From the human T2T-CHM13v2.0 reference genome, Homo sapiens, in assembly GCA_009914755.4 (NCBI GenBank), contig CP068257.2, forward strand, positions 16,128,001 through 16,192,000: a DNA stretch of 64,000 nt, read 5' to 3'. Positions 17,977 through 33,845 of the stretch are shown piece after piece. The notes beneath the pieces are model-generated. The model did no database searches, was not told where the DNA came from, and saw only the letters and a list, made by a program, of their open reading frames with translations. The stretch's first letter is position 1; the number at the start of each line of letters is the position of its first letter. The position numbers and the translations under genes were made by a program.

Positions 17977-19667
17977 AAAGCACATTCTTAACAGGAAAAC
18001 TGACATCTGCATTACCAAGAGGTTTAATTTCTCTTCAGAATCTTCCCAGCAGATTCAGTTGACTCAAAAGGCAGCCCATGTGGCTGAGGGTTAGTTTAGA
18101 TATGCATTGGCTCTTAGCAGTTCACCTCTGGAAGTGAATTTCATAAGATCTCAGAGTAGAACACAGGACATAGACCCAGTGGAAGAGGTTAGGTTTAACA
18201 AGAGTTCTGAGTTGCAAGCTAGAGAAAGCAACTAGTTGACTTAGGCTATAAAGGAATTTATTCAATGGGGAGAGATCACCCAGAAGGCTGGGAAACCACG
18301 CAGGAACAAAGGTGATGTAATCAACTACTAGGATCACAGTCTAATGTACACAAGGCAATGGCTATTCAAACACCAATGTCAGGAACTTACCTGTTGTACT
18401 CACTGGATATGGGATAATGGCTGTTGTCCCTGCTGACAGTTAGCCATTGATGCCCTCAACACAGGCCTTCTCCTATCCAGTTTCTTTGCTTTACCAGTCA
18501 GGGCGAGGTGCCTCAGATACACAGGAGGTTGAAGTTTTTGCTTCTAGAGGTGGTGACTTGTGCCATCCAAACACTAGAAAGGGATTCAGACGTGGAAGAA
18601 CAGCAGAAAACCACAAAACCAAAATCAAAAATAGAAAATAAAACCCAAAGACATAAACTTGCAAGGATCCAATGCATCACTTTTATCAGATTCTAAAAGC
18701 AAAACCTTTCGAACAGGTTTTTATGAATTTAGAGTATCAATATATAAAACAGGCCTTGTTCTGCCTGCAGCTCCCCTTCCTATTCTATCCATCATCCACG
18801 TATGACTTGTCGGCCTCTAAGACACCTGCAAAGAATTTCTGGTCCTATGATACATTAAAAATTAGGGGAGAACAAACCATTTTACAAATAGTTTGAAAAT
18901 TCCCAAGAAGGCTGGGAAACTGAGCATGAGCAAAGCCTAACAAATTCAGGCTTAGAAAAGTTAGTTTCTCTTAATGTCAGTTAGTTAAAGCTAAACAGGA
19001 GCACTTCATTTGTAGTCTGGTACTCTTTCCAAACCAGACTCTTGGTCTCCATTTCCTCTCCTGAAAAACAAAGCAGTATGACTATTAGACTTTGAAGAGA
19101 CTTTCAAAAACGACAGATTCTTCTAGTACCCCACGAAATGTTTCAATTCTCCAGCAGTCCTTATTTTGTAATTTGCCTCTGAGCTTTTGTAAAATCATCT
19201 GTTTCCTAGTTTTAAACTGCTTGTTGCCATAAAAGCATCATATAAATGACTTTAAAAATCATTTGTGGAAAAAAAACTGGTAATGTAATATTCAGATTCG
19301 TAATGCTAACTAAAAGTGACCTTGAATATTTTGTTGTATTCCTATTTTAATATTTTTAAAGCCGATTTAAAAATATTCATATTCATATAAGCCCCAAACT
19401 AAAAACAACTCAAATGTCCATCAACAGGTGAATAATTAAATTATGATATATTCATACAAAGGAGCAGTACTCAGCCAAAAAAAGAAAAAAAAAAGGAAAT
19501 GAACTATGAACTATTACTGATCTTTGAGCTAACATGGATGAATTTTAAGAACATCCAGTGGAATGAAAAAAGCCTGGAGCAAATGAGCATATGCTGTATC
19601 ACTACATTTATGTAAAGTTTTTAATGCAGGCAAATGCAAAGTACAGTAATAAAGATCAGAACAATCA

Positions 19668-19960
19668 GGCCAGGCGCAGTGGCTCACACCTGTAATCCGA
19701 GCACTTTGGGAGGCTGAGGCGGGCAGATCACCTGAGGTCAGGAGTTCAAGACCAGCCTGGGCAACAAGGCAAAACCCCGTCTCTAGTAAAAATGCAAAAA
19801 TTAGCCGGGCATGGTGGTGTGCACCTGTAATCCTAGCTACTCAGGAGGATGAGGCAGGAGAATCGCTTGAACCTGGAGGTGGAGGTTGCAGTGAGTTGAA
19901 ATCGTGCCACTGCACTCCAGCCTGGACAACAGAGTGAGACTCCATCTCAAAAAAAAAAAA
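19668..19960 (+). mobile_element. Alu SINE (AluS/Y-like) with a 15-bp TSD
   Basis: ggccaggcgcagtggctcacacctgtaatcc... followed by poly(A) at 19949-19960. TSD gatcagaacaatcag at 19654-19668 and 19963-19977. Confidence 0.93.
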
Positions 19961-20622
19961 GGATCAGAACAATCAGTGGAAGGGAAATAAAAAGTGAAGT
20001 GACTGCGAGGGGAACCAAAGGGAGTGATTGATGGCTCTACAGTTGCATACATTTGTTAAAATTCAAACAATACAGTAAAATGTTTGTGCTTACTGTATAT
20101 AAATTACACCCCAATTAAAAAAAATTGCATACACATCTAGTAAGTCACAGGCAACTTATTTCCTGCTTCTGTATTGTTGGGAAACAGAGAATATTAAGTA
20201 TCAGAGATAAGGTAAGATTATTACAAGAAATTGTCAGATAAGATCATTTATAGACTCCCTAAACCTGCAAAGCAAAACCATATAGACCCACTATTTAAAA
20301 AAATATAGCTACTTTTCAAAGCATCCACTCAAGCTAGCAGATAACAAAATACTTATTTTATTGTTGTAAAATTAAAAATAGTAGACAAGCATATATACAG
20401 TTCCCAAGCAGAGCAATACAAATATATAAATTATTGCAGTTTTCAAAGAAAATATAACAGCCAAATAATTGCCTACTTTTTTGAAACAAACTTGGTTTTT
20501 ACCACAGCAGTTTCATTTTCTTTTTCCAAAAGTCTTAACACAATTTTGTAAAGTAAATTTCTAACACCAGAGAGATTAAGTTCAATGACCATAGTATATG
20601 CTACTGTTTTAAAGCAAGGTTA

Positions 20623-20645
20623 ACACACACACACACACACACACA
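20623..20645. repeat. (AC)n microsatellite
   Basis: acacacacacacacacacacaca. Confidence 0.85.
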
Positions 20646-23600
20646 AAATGGAACTGAACAAAAGTCACTACTTAATACTTTCTAAATTGCCTCTTTTGGA
20701 GGTACGGTGAAAGAAAAACATTCTAGATGCGTCTGAAAGAAACAAGGTACACACACTTACTAAAATTCCCCTTTGCTTTAGGTGTAGTTGAGGGAAGTTC
20801 AACTAATCTTTAAACCTTTTTTGGGAGAGGGCAATACTCATCTTCATGAATTTTTGTTTACTTTGGTAAACTTAAAATTGTGAAATAATTAAATATTATT
20901 AAAATGTATTAGTAATGTGGACTCAAACTAAAAAGAACAGGGAAAGTGTATGTTAACAAACTAGATGTTTTGGAGACTTGATATAATATGGTTCATATCA
21001 ATGTTACCATAGCCAGAAGTTGCTTAATAGGTTAGACTGCACCATAATCAAGGCAATTATGAAAGGATGAAGTGAAATGAAAATACTGAGATGCAAGCAT
21101 TATAGCCCTCCTCCAAGTTACCTTTATTTTGTGTGAGGGCTCTAGTATTCTGGTAAATAAACTCTTCCCTGCCCCATGACCACAAAACTTTACTTGGTAA
21201 GAATAAACTGTTGGGGGTTTTATCTCTTACTAATTCTCACCACAAATTTCCTCAAATAGTTACTCCCACCAACGTAAAAGTTAAAAATACAATCATACAC
21301 TGAAACGGCATCAATTATCTTTGCCTTACATCTGAACAAAAAGTATTAACTTTTTTATAGCGTATTACACTTCTTAATAAGCACTTAGTAACAACATTTG
21401 TCAGTAAATGAACTGGCATACATCAGAAAAAGTTGACAATAGAAGAATTTTACATGGTACCATTTCAAATTTTCATGTACAAGTAACCCACTTTATGGTC
21501 ACTAACCTGAACCTCCTAATAAGCTACACAAATAATTTACTCTTTAAAAATTCCTACTTTAGAGCATTTACATTTTATAATTTAATAATGAAAGCAGATT
21601 CTTCCAAAACAAAACAAAACCCAAACTGGGAAACATTAAAACACAAATAGATCTAAAAGCTTACTTTAAAAAAACTACAAAAATGGACTAACAAGCCTTA
21701 CCAGTGTAAACACTAAGGTAAAAAATATATAAACAACATAAAGAAAACACAAAACCATTTTCAGTCATAAATATAGTAAAATGAAAAACCAAATCTCAAG
21801 ATGCCTGTCAAGATATATTTGACTATATATTTTGACTATATTTCTGAAATCACTAACATGAACTTGACATTGAAAAAATAATCCTTAAATGTATATAAAA
21901 ATGGGCACTTTGTGGTAAAATGAACATGTGTTTTGAAAAACTAAGAATGTGTCTTTGCTCCACCATTGTGCATAGTCAACGACACAACAAAACACTATTC
22001 TGCTGCCTGAATCATCTATTACTGGAGTCTCAAGTGCATGCCTTTTAAAAAAGACTAATTTAGATATTAATATGAGGATCAAAGGATAAGATGATAATCT
22101 CAAAGTAAAACATAATTGATTTTTAGCTTCATTATAAGGCTGAACTTTAAAGAGAACAACCTGTGTGGTCAAAAACACTTTTCTAATTTTTAAAACTCAA
22201 TTTAACGTGTCAAATTATAAAACTGAACGTGAAAAAGATTTGTCTTATCTCACTCCCCTTAATCATATAAGCTCTGAAAATTTAGTAATGGATGACTGGC
22301 AGTCTGTTTTGCCACTTTTTAAACAGTAGTACATGAGATATGCTTCAAAACATTCTCAAAAATTACTAACAACTGTAGAGAATAGCCAAGTGTGGAAAAC
22401 AATATTTGTGATATTTCATGTTCTCTTGTTAGAACTCAACTCTGTACCTGATACTTATATTTGCATACACAGTAATTGCATATTTGATTAAGAAAACTAA
22501 CATAGGACTAAATTATAAGTTTACCAAACATTTGGATAAACTGCTGTGCAAAATACTTCAACAAAAAGTTTTTTTTACTAGGAACTCATCCAAATAAAGT
22601 AGTGTGAGTACCAGCACCACAAAGTTTTTTTTAAGAGCACCTCTCCTTTTTAGAGCTTAAGTAGAAATATCTAAATGGAATAAATCAGAGTCCCACTTAA
22701 GACCTTAGCACATGCACACGTTCATCCACTTGTTCCGTACTCATTAGTAAAGCTATGTATATTTGTCAGAAAACTCCTTTCTTTGGATAACACTGTTGTA
22801 TTCAGGACTGCAACTTATGGCTCATATTCTGGAAATATGCTACTACTGATATCAAATGCAACATATCCCCAACTTTTATGACTGTCCCTAACTCATCTAA
22901 ACACAAACCCAAATGTGTGCAAACACACTGGCTGGTAACAATCTTACTGAATTACGCCAAAAAAGAGTAAAGTCAAATTTGAAAATGTGGGAACAATTAA
23001 GCACTAAGATATTAATCAGGAAATGTATTTACCCAGCTTGTAAGTTTGAATATTTTGATATTGCACACATTTAATTTAAAGCTCATCAAAACTAAGGCAA
23101 TGCATCCATACTCCCTGGATTTTAAATTCATTTTGCATGACTTAAAGAATTGAGAGAAATCGAAAGCATCTTTCAAAAATTCCCTCCAAAAAGTAATGTT
23201 ATACTTCAAAGAAAAACAAAATCAACAGATATCAATTAATACCCTCAGGCCAATTTAACACGTCAGCATTACAAAAAGTTGTTTTCAATTAAACTGAAGT
23301 GTTTCTTTGCTTAAATACTTTCTTGTGTTCAACAACAAAATCTGACCCAAGCCAGGGTAGGCTGCCAAATTTAAGGCAAATGTCATTTATATCTTTATGC
23401 ATGAAGCTGCCACGTTACTGGGCTTTTCAGCAGATACTTTCAAGCAAGGATCTACCTCATAAGTACATTCTAAACATGAGTTAAAAACAGAATTTAGAGC
23501 CCATTTTAATTCTGCATTGGTTATAGCCTTTACTGTAATACATTATTAAAATTTATCTAGCTGTTTGGGACAATCTGTTAGATAAAAACTCTTTGGAAGC

Positions 23601-24816
23601 ATCATAGGCAACTTACGAGAACATTCTCTTAATACATAGGTTTATTTTTTTTTAATTAGGAGTTTTGCTTTTCTTCTGTAGAGCAATCCTATATTTCTCT
23701 ATAGAGTCTAAAGTTTAGAAAAATACCTCACAATGCTTTCTTTGAGCACTAAGTTCAATGATGGTGATAATACAATTTGGACAGTTTAAGTATTCTTGAA
23801 ACTTTACCCAAAGTGGCACACAAAATAATCTTACTTTTTTTTTTTCAAAGACAGAACAATTTCACAGCACACTCAATTTGAAGATAGACATTATATTTGA
23901 ATTGGAAGTGAGGCTTGACTTACTCTGTCCAAATTCTAATGCATCACAGTCATTGGTGTGAAGCTAATAATGAAAGAAGCAAGAGGAGGCTTTCATTTCT
24001 ATGGAGACAAATTGACATAGAAGCCAGATTAGTCTTTTCTTCCTGAACTAAGAACTGCTTTTGTTAGAAAACAAAATAATGTATTGTATTTACCTGAATA
24101 CTGCTTTAAAAAGTTATTAATTCTTCTTTTATAAGAGGTATTAGAAATTAAAACAACTCAGATTTCTAATCCAAAATATATTTATCTTTGGAAAGCAAGG
24201 TAACCGTTGTGAAAACATTGTATTAAGAGAATAAAATGCAGTGACCTGAAATATGGGTGAACATATTCACACATGATAATGTAAATAAATATACAGAACC
24301 ACCAATACACATTTATAAAGAGAATGGCAAAGTACCTAAAATAGCATTTTCACATATAAAATTTTTATATTAAAATATTGCTCATAATAAATAAGAGGTG
24401 ATATGAATTCCATTTCCCTCTTAAAAATTATCTCTAGTAGTTTACACTAAGGAGTTAATCTGTTGTTTTGACAGGTGAATTAAAATGTTTAATAAAATGA
24501 CACTGTAACAGTATATTTAAGTAGTCACATGTGATAAAATTTGTTTAGTAATTCTGGGAAAAAAGAGTCCCCAAATGAGCCAAAATGATTAGCCCTAGAA
24601 GACTAGAGTATAATGATCTGCTTTATTTGACAAAGATGTTAAATACTGCCTTATGTTTGGCAAATTTAATGACCATAAAAAAACGGACCACAACTTTCTT
24701 CAAACTTCTTCAAAGTTTGCATGTCTGGGAGACCAATAAAGGGCAGGGCATACGAAGTAAGTCTGTTTAGGTCAGTTGTTTATGGGTAGGTGCGACTTCA
24801 TTCCTGTTCGCCCTAC

Positions 24817-24938
24817 TTGCAGACATGGTAACTTAGAACAGTTCTTCAGAAGCTGTTCGATGGCAACGTGGCGGACATGGAGCTGTGAGGCCAAAGAATC
24901 TTTTTCTTGCACTTGGTGAGTTAACTCTTCAAAAACTT
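24817..24938 (-). CDS. Candidate 122-bp coding exon (..[40 protein letters not shown]). The gene is unknown; it may belong to the same minus-strand gene.
   Basis: Minus strand: acceptor tttaaatcttttacag|AAGTTTTTGAAGAG and donor CTGCAA|gtagggcg. One frame is open across the exon. Five CpGs are retained in an otherwise AT-rich, CpG-depleted context. Caveat: the exon starts in phase 1 with AA, which would make TAA if spliced directly to the preceding exon. That exon ends in phase 1 with T, so an intervening exon or a different transcript is required. Confidence 0.35.
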
Positions 24939-26086
24939 CTGTAAAAGATTTAAAAACTTTCATTTTTAGTATGCAGAAAGCCGGTGCTATGATTTATATT
25001 TCAAGAACTCTAACTGAAATCTATGCATTGGGCAAAGTGTCACAATGAAACTGATTTGATACCAAGGAAACAGTTCTGTTCTCTACAAAGCATATCAGTT
25101 CTGATCATCCTAGGCATCTGTATACTTTACATAGCCAAATGGAATTTGGCTCTTCTCCATCAAGTGACTACAGAGATACACAGCAAAAATGGTGGTTGCT
25201 ACTGTAGCTGAGCTACTTTTCTCAATTAGAATCTATAAACAGATTCAATTAGTACATAATGTGATTTATGGACAAGAAGTGCCTGTTAGTATTCAGGTCT
25301 GGAACCCCCTCTAAGAGGCTTTGGAATCAGACTACTAAGAGTTTTGAATCCTTGTTCCTACTCTTACGTGCCTCAGGCAAGCAACTTTTGGTTTCAATTT
25401 CCTTTTCTGTGTAACATTAATAATGATAGTAAGCACTTCACCAGGCTACTGTAAAAATTAAATGAGATCATATTTGTAAAGTACTCATAAATTTCTACTA
25501 CAACTATTATTGTGATTATTTTTATTATTCTGAGAGGCTGTGTGGTTAAGCTTTGGAGTTTAAATCCTTGATCTGCTACTGATTGGATGCATGATCTCTG
25601 TAAGCAACTTAACATCTCTGAAGTACAATTTTCTCATCTAAAAGGAAATAAATTGAAAAGGAGACAACTGCGGAATCTGAACATTAATTGTTAGTGTTAG
25701 CATTATACTTGATGACGTTAAGGAATTATTAACTTTAAATGGTGTGATAATGAGACTGTGACTGTTTTTTAAAAAGTTATCTCTTTTAGAGGAAATCCTA
25801 AACTATTTATGGACAAAAAACAGTGTGTTAGCTAGGATTTGTTTGAAAATAATCCATGCTACTGGTAGTGCAATGGGAATGGATGCAAGTAGAGATACTG
25901 ATTATTATGCCTTTGCTAACAGTTGAAGCTGGTGAAAATGGCTTAAAGGGTTCACTATACTAGTCTCACTACTTTTATATATGTTTGAAATTGTTTATAA
26001 TTTAACAAAAAAGACTAATATCACATGCCTTAAAGAACTGTTTGGGAGGACTCCCACATAGTGCCTGGTGCAATAGTGGGTAGTCA

Positions 26087-26419
<333 letters not shown>

Positions 26420-26829
26420 TTATTCTTTTTGCTCTGGAAACTCTAACAGGTTTGAATATCTCATTTCCAAATTTAAATGTAGATAAAGCCAGTGGTGTCC
26501 TATCATAGATGATTTTCTACGTCAAAATTTGTCACACACAAAAAAGTACTGACAGTGATTCTTACCCTGGATTTGCTGTAGGAGCTTTGCATTCAGTTGC
26601 TCTACCTCACCAAGAGTCATCGAATTCACTGAAACATGAAAATGTATTCACTATTACCACAACAACCTAGGAAAACATGCTGCTTACATCACCAACACAA
26701 TATCCTATTTTTAAAAATCAGCACTTAACTGCCAACACAACATTCAGCAGTACTCCAGTATTCAACCATTAACGCTCGTAAGTGTGGAGTAGAAGTTTTC
26801 AAACCCTGACCACAACCCATGGTAAGAAA

Positions 26830-27179
<350 letters not shown>

Positions 27180-27939
27180 TAAAAGTTTCACCAAAAAATA
27201 GTAGTAGGTCCAATGAATTCTGGTATCTCCTATTCGGTTTCAGTTTTTAAAAAGTGTTAGTCACTACCCATTAAGCTTATTTTGATTAAGCATTAGATAG
27301 TTTATAACCTGCAGTTTGAAAAATAAATTTGTCTGTCTAGATGTAGAATCTTAAATAATTCACATTTAGAATCAAGAAGTTGTATAACAAGATAGCAGAG
27401 GTCCCTTCTGGCTCTGAAAACATGATTTCAAGACAATTAAAATCACCTCAGCTTCTGTAAATTTTTGTAGAAATAGATGTAGAGAGAATGAGTCACCCTT
27501 TCTAACTTTACAATAAGTGTACACATTACCTTTGGCCTTTAGTAAAATGTCACATTTTTGCTTCTGAAATGCCACCACCAGTCAATTAGTCTTACAGGGA
27601 TCAGCAACATGACAATGTGTATTAGCCAACAGATGAAGCTGTACTTCTAAACTATACGAGTCCTAGATGTTCCAATTCACAGTTTGTTGATTCCATTTAG
27701 TGTAATCATTTTAAATGGCAAAACAAACATGGAAATTGCTTAACTTCAATGCTTAGAAGACAGAATCCCAGTGAATGAAAAATTTTAAGATGTCTCATTT
27801 TTGCTAAGGTGAACCTGTTAAATACAATGTTTCCCAAATCTATGATTCCACAGCAAAATTCTTGACCCATTACACATCTATACAAATGTACAAAAATCCC
27901 AAACCACCCAACTTTTACTTTTCTCCCCATTTTACTTAC

Positions 27940-28476
27940 ATTCCTCTCTGCTGTAATGTGGATGCTGGGTCTGGACATTAGCCTCTGGACTAGAGATTGT
28001 CTCTTCTTTTTTCTGTGCCTGGTTGTGACTATGAGGCCACAATACACTGTTACGACATAAAGTGGCACCTGAATCTTGTAACATAGAAAGTCCAAAGTCT
28101 GTATTTTCCCTCTGCTCCAAAATTCTTTGTGTACAGTTAGAGATGCCACCTGCACTTCCATCTATCCATTTTGCAGAATATTTTGGTACTTGGGAGTCAA
28201 ACTGTGGGAGTAATTTTTCTTCTGGCTTATGCCTGAAATTAAACAGATGATGCTGGGGCTTTTTAGAACATTCAGAATCTGAATCCAGATCCTTATTTTG
28301 TGCATACTGCACAATCCAGTTTATCTTCTTACTCAAAATGGTTTTAACTTCTTCATAAGTACTTTTTGAAAGCTTAGATCGAGGACAACCCTGGTTTGCA
28401 ATTAAATGGTATTTTTCAAAGCAGTCTTTATGGCCCCTTAATGATTTGGTGTGCAAGAGATCAGACTTTGGTACCC
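27940..28476 (-). CDS. Internal coding exon (537 bp, phase 1 in and phase 1 out) of an unidentified protein-coding gene
   Basis: Minus strand: acceptor tttgtttctcttttttttccatag|GGGTACCAAAG and donor GAGGAAT|gtaagtaaaatgg. The open frame encodes [72 protein letters not shown]...[11 protein letters not shown]. It joins in frame to the upstream exon at 49550-49683 (g+GG = Gly). Confidence 0.7.
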
Positions 28477-30949
28477 CTATGGAAAAAAAAGAGAAACAAA
28501 AGACTTGAGAAATTTTGTTTTCTATAAGTCACTTTAAGAACATACAAATCTTAGTAAAATCAGAGTCCCTGATAGTCTGTGAATTAGAGGAAAAATGCTA
28601 AAGAATATTAGTATTAATATACAATGTGGCCTAATAATTTCTGCTTCAATATTCAGTAATATTAAATTCTTATGGATAGCAAAATCTTTCTAAGAACTTA
28701 ATTATTCAATTTTAATCCTAGTCTAGAGATGTTACTGCACGATATAAAAAAATACTACTGAACCCAGCAATTTACCTTTACAGATTCTTGGCCTTTACAT
28801 TATAGTGCTTTCTTCATGAAACCTTCTGAAGTACACACTTGCAAAAATATCTATAATATTATGAGGTTCAATAACAGAAATACTGAACAAGTTTTCCTCC
28901 CTAAAACACAGTAAATCATGTTCTTAAATTATGTTTATTGAAAAAAAAAAAACCAGAACCAGAAAAATGCAAATAAAAGTCAAAAATTCAATAAACTATT
29001 TAGATTTATTTTTAAAGAAAATCAAAGCATCTAACATTTTTCACATTTCCATTTTATAGTTACTAAAACCTTATCAAGATAATTTTATTTTCTAGAAGAA
29101 ATGCATTATACTCAATCATTTTCCATACAGCAGTAAATTCAATCTGCCAAGATCCAACAGCCAGTAATTCCTCAACTCACAAATGTTCATTATATACCAT
29201 AAATAACAGAAATATTACTTTTATATCTCTCAACTTAGTAGAGTATAAGTATGCTACCTCAATTGTTTTTTAAAAATATAAAAATTATAAAAATATAAAA
29301 CATTTTCAAATATCTAATACATTTCAAAATACAGAATATATTCACACATTTTTATAAGTTCAAGCCATGTTATTAAAGTTAAACAGCGCTACTTTTATGC
29401 TGAAGGTGAATTAGGAATGTGGACCTGAAAATTTATGTCTGCCAGAATTAACCAGTTTAAATCTGCTTAGCTTTTCAAATGGAGTAAGCGGAGAGCCACT
29501 CAGGAGCTAGTTTAAAAAAAAGTTTTAGCTGATTCATCAGAAAAAAATACATTTTGTAATTCCTCCTTTCCTTTAAAAATTGAACTCATAGTTATTTTAT
29601 TTGAACTCCAAAGTCTGGCTAAAAGAAAGATAATGAAGCATTTGTACTTTAATGGTATGAAATAAAGTATTAGCATACTTGTGAATATTAATGTTTTTAA
29701 AAATATATATAGTATCAGCCAATGGTGGGACTTGATGAGACTGTCAAAACCAAGTGTTAAATTGGTTATCAGTTCCCTCAACAGTTACTGTAAGCTATGT
29801 GAACACACCTCTAAAACATTAATATTGTAAGCACATGTAAACAACTGCTCTCATGAGGTAAACTCAAATATCTGAGCCTTGTTTTTTCCAATGAGTACAA
29901 AAATTGCTGGAAACTTAAACAGAATTTAATATACATCTTATTTATCACTTTGCTCCTTGTACTGCAATTGTGAGCACGTATACATTTCTACCAGTTATTA
30001 TCTGATTAGGTCAAATTTCCAGCAACATTAGAATATGTGAATTATAAATCTCAAAGCTTTATTTGATAATAGAGTATACATCTTTAAAAATGGGAAACTG
30101 ACATAAAAAGGAAGCTCACGAGCTCTGCTTTATTAAGTTTTATTATTACGCATTTTAGATAATAAGACAAAACAGTAGTTATCACAAGTTATACACCAAA
30201 GGAAAAATGGTTCCATTCTGCTATCTGATTCCAATGCTTAGTTTTCTGGGAAACACTGGTATGCAGAGAGAACCTGAAGCTTGCCTATTACTAACTGAAA
30301 CATTTATTAAAGAGCTCCCCTACCCTCTGCAAACTCTTTTAGGTCTTGTTGCCAACAGATGGTTAGCTAATCCCTCAAAACCGTAAATGGTCTCATTCTC
30401 AGTGCACTGCCTCAGCTCTATGTAGCAATGAAATTCTTTAGCATATAAAAAAGGTTGTGAACTAGGCTATGGAAAGTAATTAATATTTATTGTTAAATTT
30501 TGTGGGTTTTTTAGTATTTATACAGAAACTCCGATAAAAAAGTACATTAAATAACTAATTTTCTGATGTACTCTAGAGCTTCAACAACAGGTCAATATAA
30601 TAGATATCTATTTGAAGAATAATGAGGACTTGTAATGTTTATCTACTGTTTCTTCTTAATGATTCATATAATATAATTTCCACTTAGATGTACCTATTGG
30701 CTCCTCGAACTCACCTTACTGAACACTTAACTCCTTTATCTCTCTCACCACACAACTCCAAAACTGATCCCCTTACTGAATCTGGCATCACCAACTAACT
30801 GCTCAAGGAAGAAACCTGGGTGTCCTCCTTGAAAGCTCTTCACTCCCCGCAATCCCAGAGGTTTTGCTGACCGTCTTAACAGATTTCTCCCCCATAAAAT
30901 CTAGCACCTACAACATCTGAAATCCTTCTGCTTCACTCAAGCACCACTC

Positions 30950-31200
30950 CCACTACAAATGTGGGTCATGATCATCATCACCTCCTGTCTAGTTCTCATT
31001 TCCCCTAAGAAGCCTTGTCTAACCCAAATGTCTGGGTTAGTTTATCACACTAGATTTTACAATTGCCTCTTTCGCGGCCTGTATCTCCTGACAAAATGTA
31101 GGTTCTGTGAAAAATATGGACCATGTCTATCTTACTCATATATTCTCAGTGTCAAAATGCCGGGCACATAGTGGGTACTCAAAAGTAGTTAAATGCATAA
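30950..31200 (+). repeat. MIR-like SINE remnant (3' part)
   Basis: ...accatgtctatcttactcatatattctcagtgtcaaaatgccgggcacatagtgggtactcaaaagtag resembles the MIR 3' consensus (agaacagtgcctggcacatagtaagcgctcaataaatg). Confidence 0.35.
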
Positions 31201-32256
31201 AAGAAAATTAAAAATATATTTTAAAACACCAAAAACAAATCAATTATCACTCAAGGTCCCTTGCAAGGTCCCTCCTAGCAAGGGAACTAGAATTTGCAGT
31301 TCTGCCAGGCTACTCAGCGGGTAATTAAAGGTGTCTTTCAGTGAAGTTACTCCTATATTTAGTCTAATGGGCTATTAGTCTAAAGAACATATCAGTGGCA
31401 CTGATACAGAAATGGCATTCCTGTGGCATCATTCAATCTGTCAAAGAAAATAATGAATTTCTACTCAAATATATATTTTTAAATAGAAATTTACATACAG
31501 AAAATATACAAGAAGATGGTTTTATGTTAACTGTAGCTCATTCATCTAGATATATACCTCTAATTTCTTTAGTTACATCAGTCGTACTAAAATTTAAAAA
31601 CCTGACTGAGTTTTAAAGTTCAATTAGAAACATTTGTTTTATAAACATATTTAAAAATATCCTGTGCAGCAGTAGCATAGGAAACAAAAACTTCTATAAA
31701 ACACTGACTACTTCATATACTTGAAAAAAATTACTTTTTAATCTAGAAAATAATGTGAGTAGCTCACTTAATTTGCATCAGTAATACACATATCATTTTA
31801 TAAATTCTTGAAGTGATTTGTTGTTTCTACCTCATCAGTTCAAATTATTATAGCAGAAACAACCATTGCTATTTCAAGAGATCCCAGTGAGTTTCCCAAC
31901 TGACTTATCAATTTTAAATGCATTTACAAGCGTAAACAGCTCTGAGCACTAATTTGTTTCCTAAGCAGCTTTTGAAAGGGAATAAATCTAAATGCAACAC
32001 AATCAGGTGATACTTTTGAGGAGCTGAGTTATAATAATTTCCAAACCAGTCCAACCAAGATTGTACTACAACTTGCTTGCTAATACAAGTTTTGAAGGCC
32101 AACGTAATTGACTTCCTATTATAAAAACATCTTTAAGATACTTCAAAGATATCCATGTCACTTTTTTTTAAATCATAAAGTCATTATTAGAGAACCAAGA
32201 CCTTAATTGGCAACCAAAAGTCTTAATCTTATTTTTTTTTAAAGTATGGGTTTCTT

Positions 32257-33211
<955 letters not shown>

Positions 33212-33530
33212 GGGTTTCTTCTCACTAGAGGCTATTTAGAAATGTATATAGGCTGTATTTCTGTATGAATAGTAGTATTTTAAAAAGCTGTTCCTATTCA
33301 ATAATTTTATTTTTCTTTTATCTTTTCCCATTTTATCTGAGTTTTTATACTATTATTCTGTACTTTGAAACCCTCCCTCTAACCCATCTGGCATGCTATC
33401 CCCATCTCTATCCTTTAAGTTCCTCTTTAAAATAAATTGCTTTAAGAAAACTTGGTTAAATCCATCCTAAAAGTGCAAAGACTACTCAAATGTTTAGATG
33501 TTTAGCTCTAGTTGCCATCATTACTCTTAT

Positions 33531-33845
33531 TTTTTTGAGACGGAGTCTCGCCTTGTTGCCCGGGCTGAAGTGCAGTGGTACAATCTCAGCTCACTGCAAC
33601 CTCTGCCTCCTGGGTTCAAGCTATCATCATACCCCAGCCCCCCAAGTAGCTGGGACTATAGGCACGCACCACCACACGTGGTTAATTTTTGTGTTTTTAG
33701 TAGAGATGGAGTTTCACCATGTCAGCCAGGCTGGTCTCAAACTCCCCACCTCAGGTGACCCACCTGCCTCAGCCTAGCAAAGTGCTGGGATTACATGTGG
33801 CGTGTAATCCTGGGATCACAGTGGCGTGAGCCACTGTGCCTGGCC
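33531..33845 (-). mobile_element. Alu SINE with an internal ~24-bp tandem micro-duplication
   Basis: tttttttgagacggagtctcgccttgttgcccgggctgaagtgcagtgg...gctgggattacatgtggcgtg-taat-cctgggatcacagtggcgtgagccactgtgcctggcc. Confidence 0.9.

Noticed and set aside
27372-27578. Minus-strand ORF and a 34-nt mini-exon-like segment (ggcatttcag|AAGCAAAAATGTGACATTTTACTAAAGGCCAAAG|gtaatg)
   Set aside because: The acceptor context is weak. A phase-1 T plus AA from the preceding exon would create a TAA stop. It is too short to assess.
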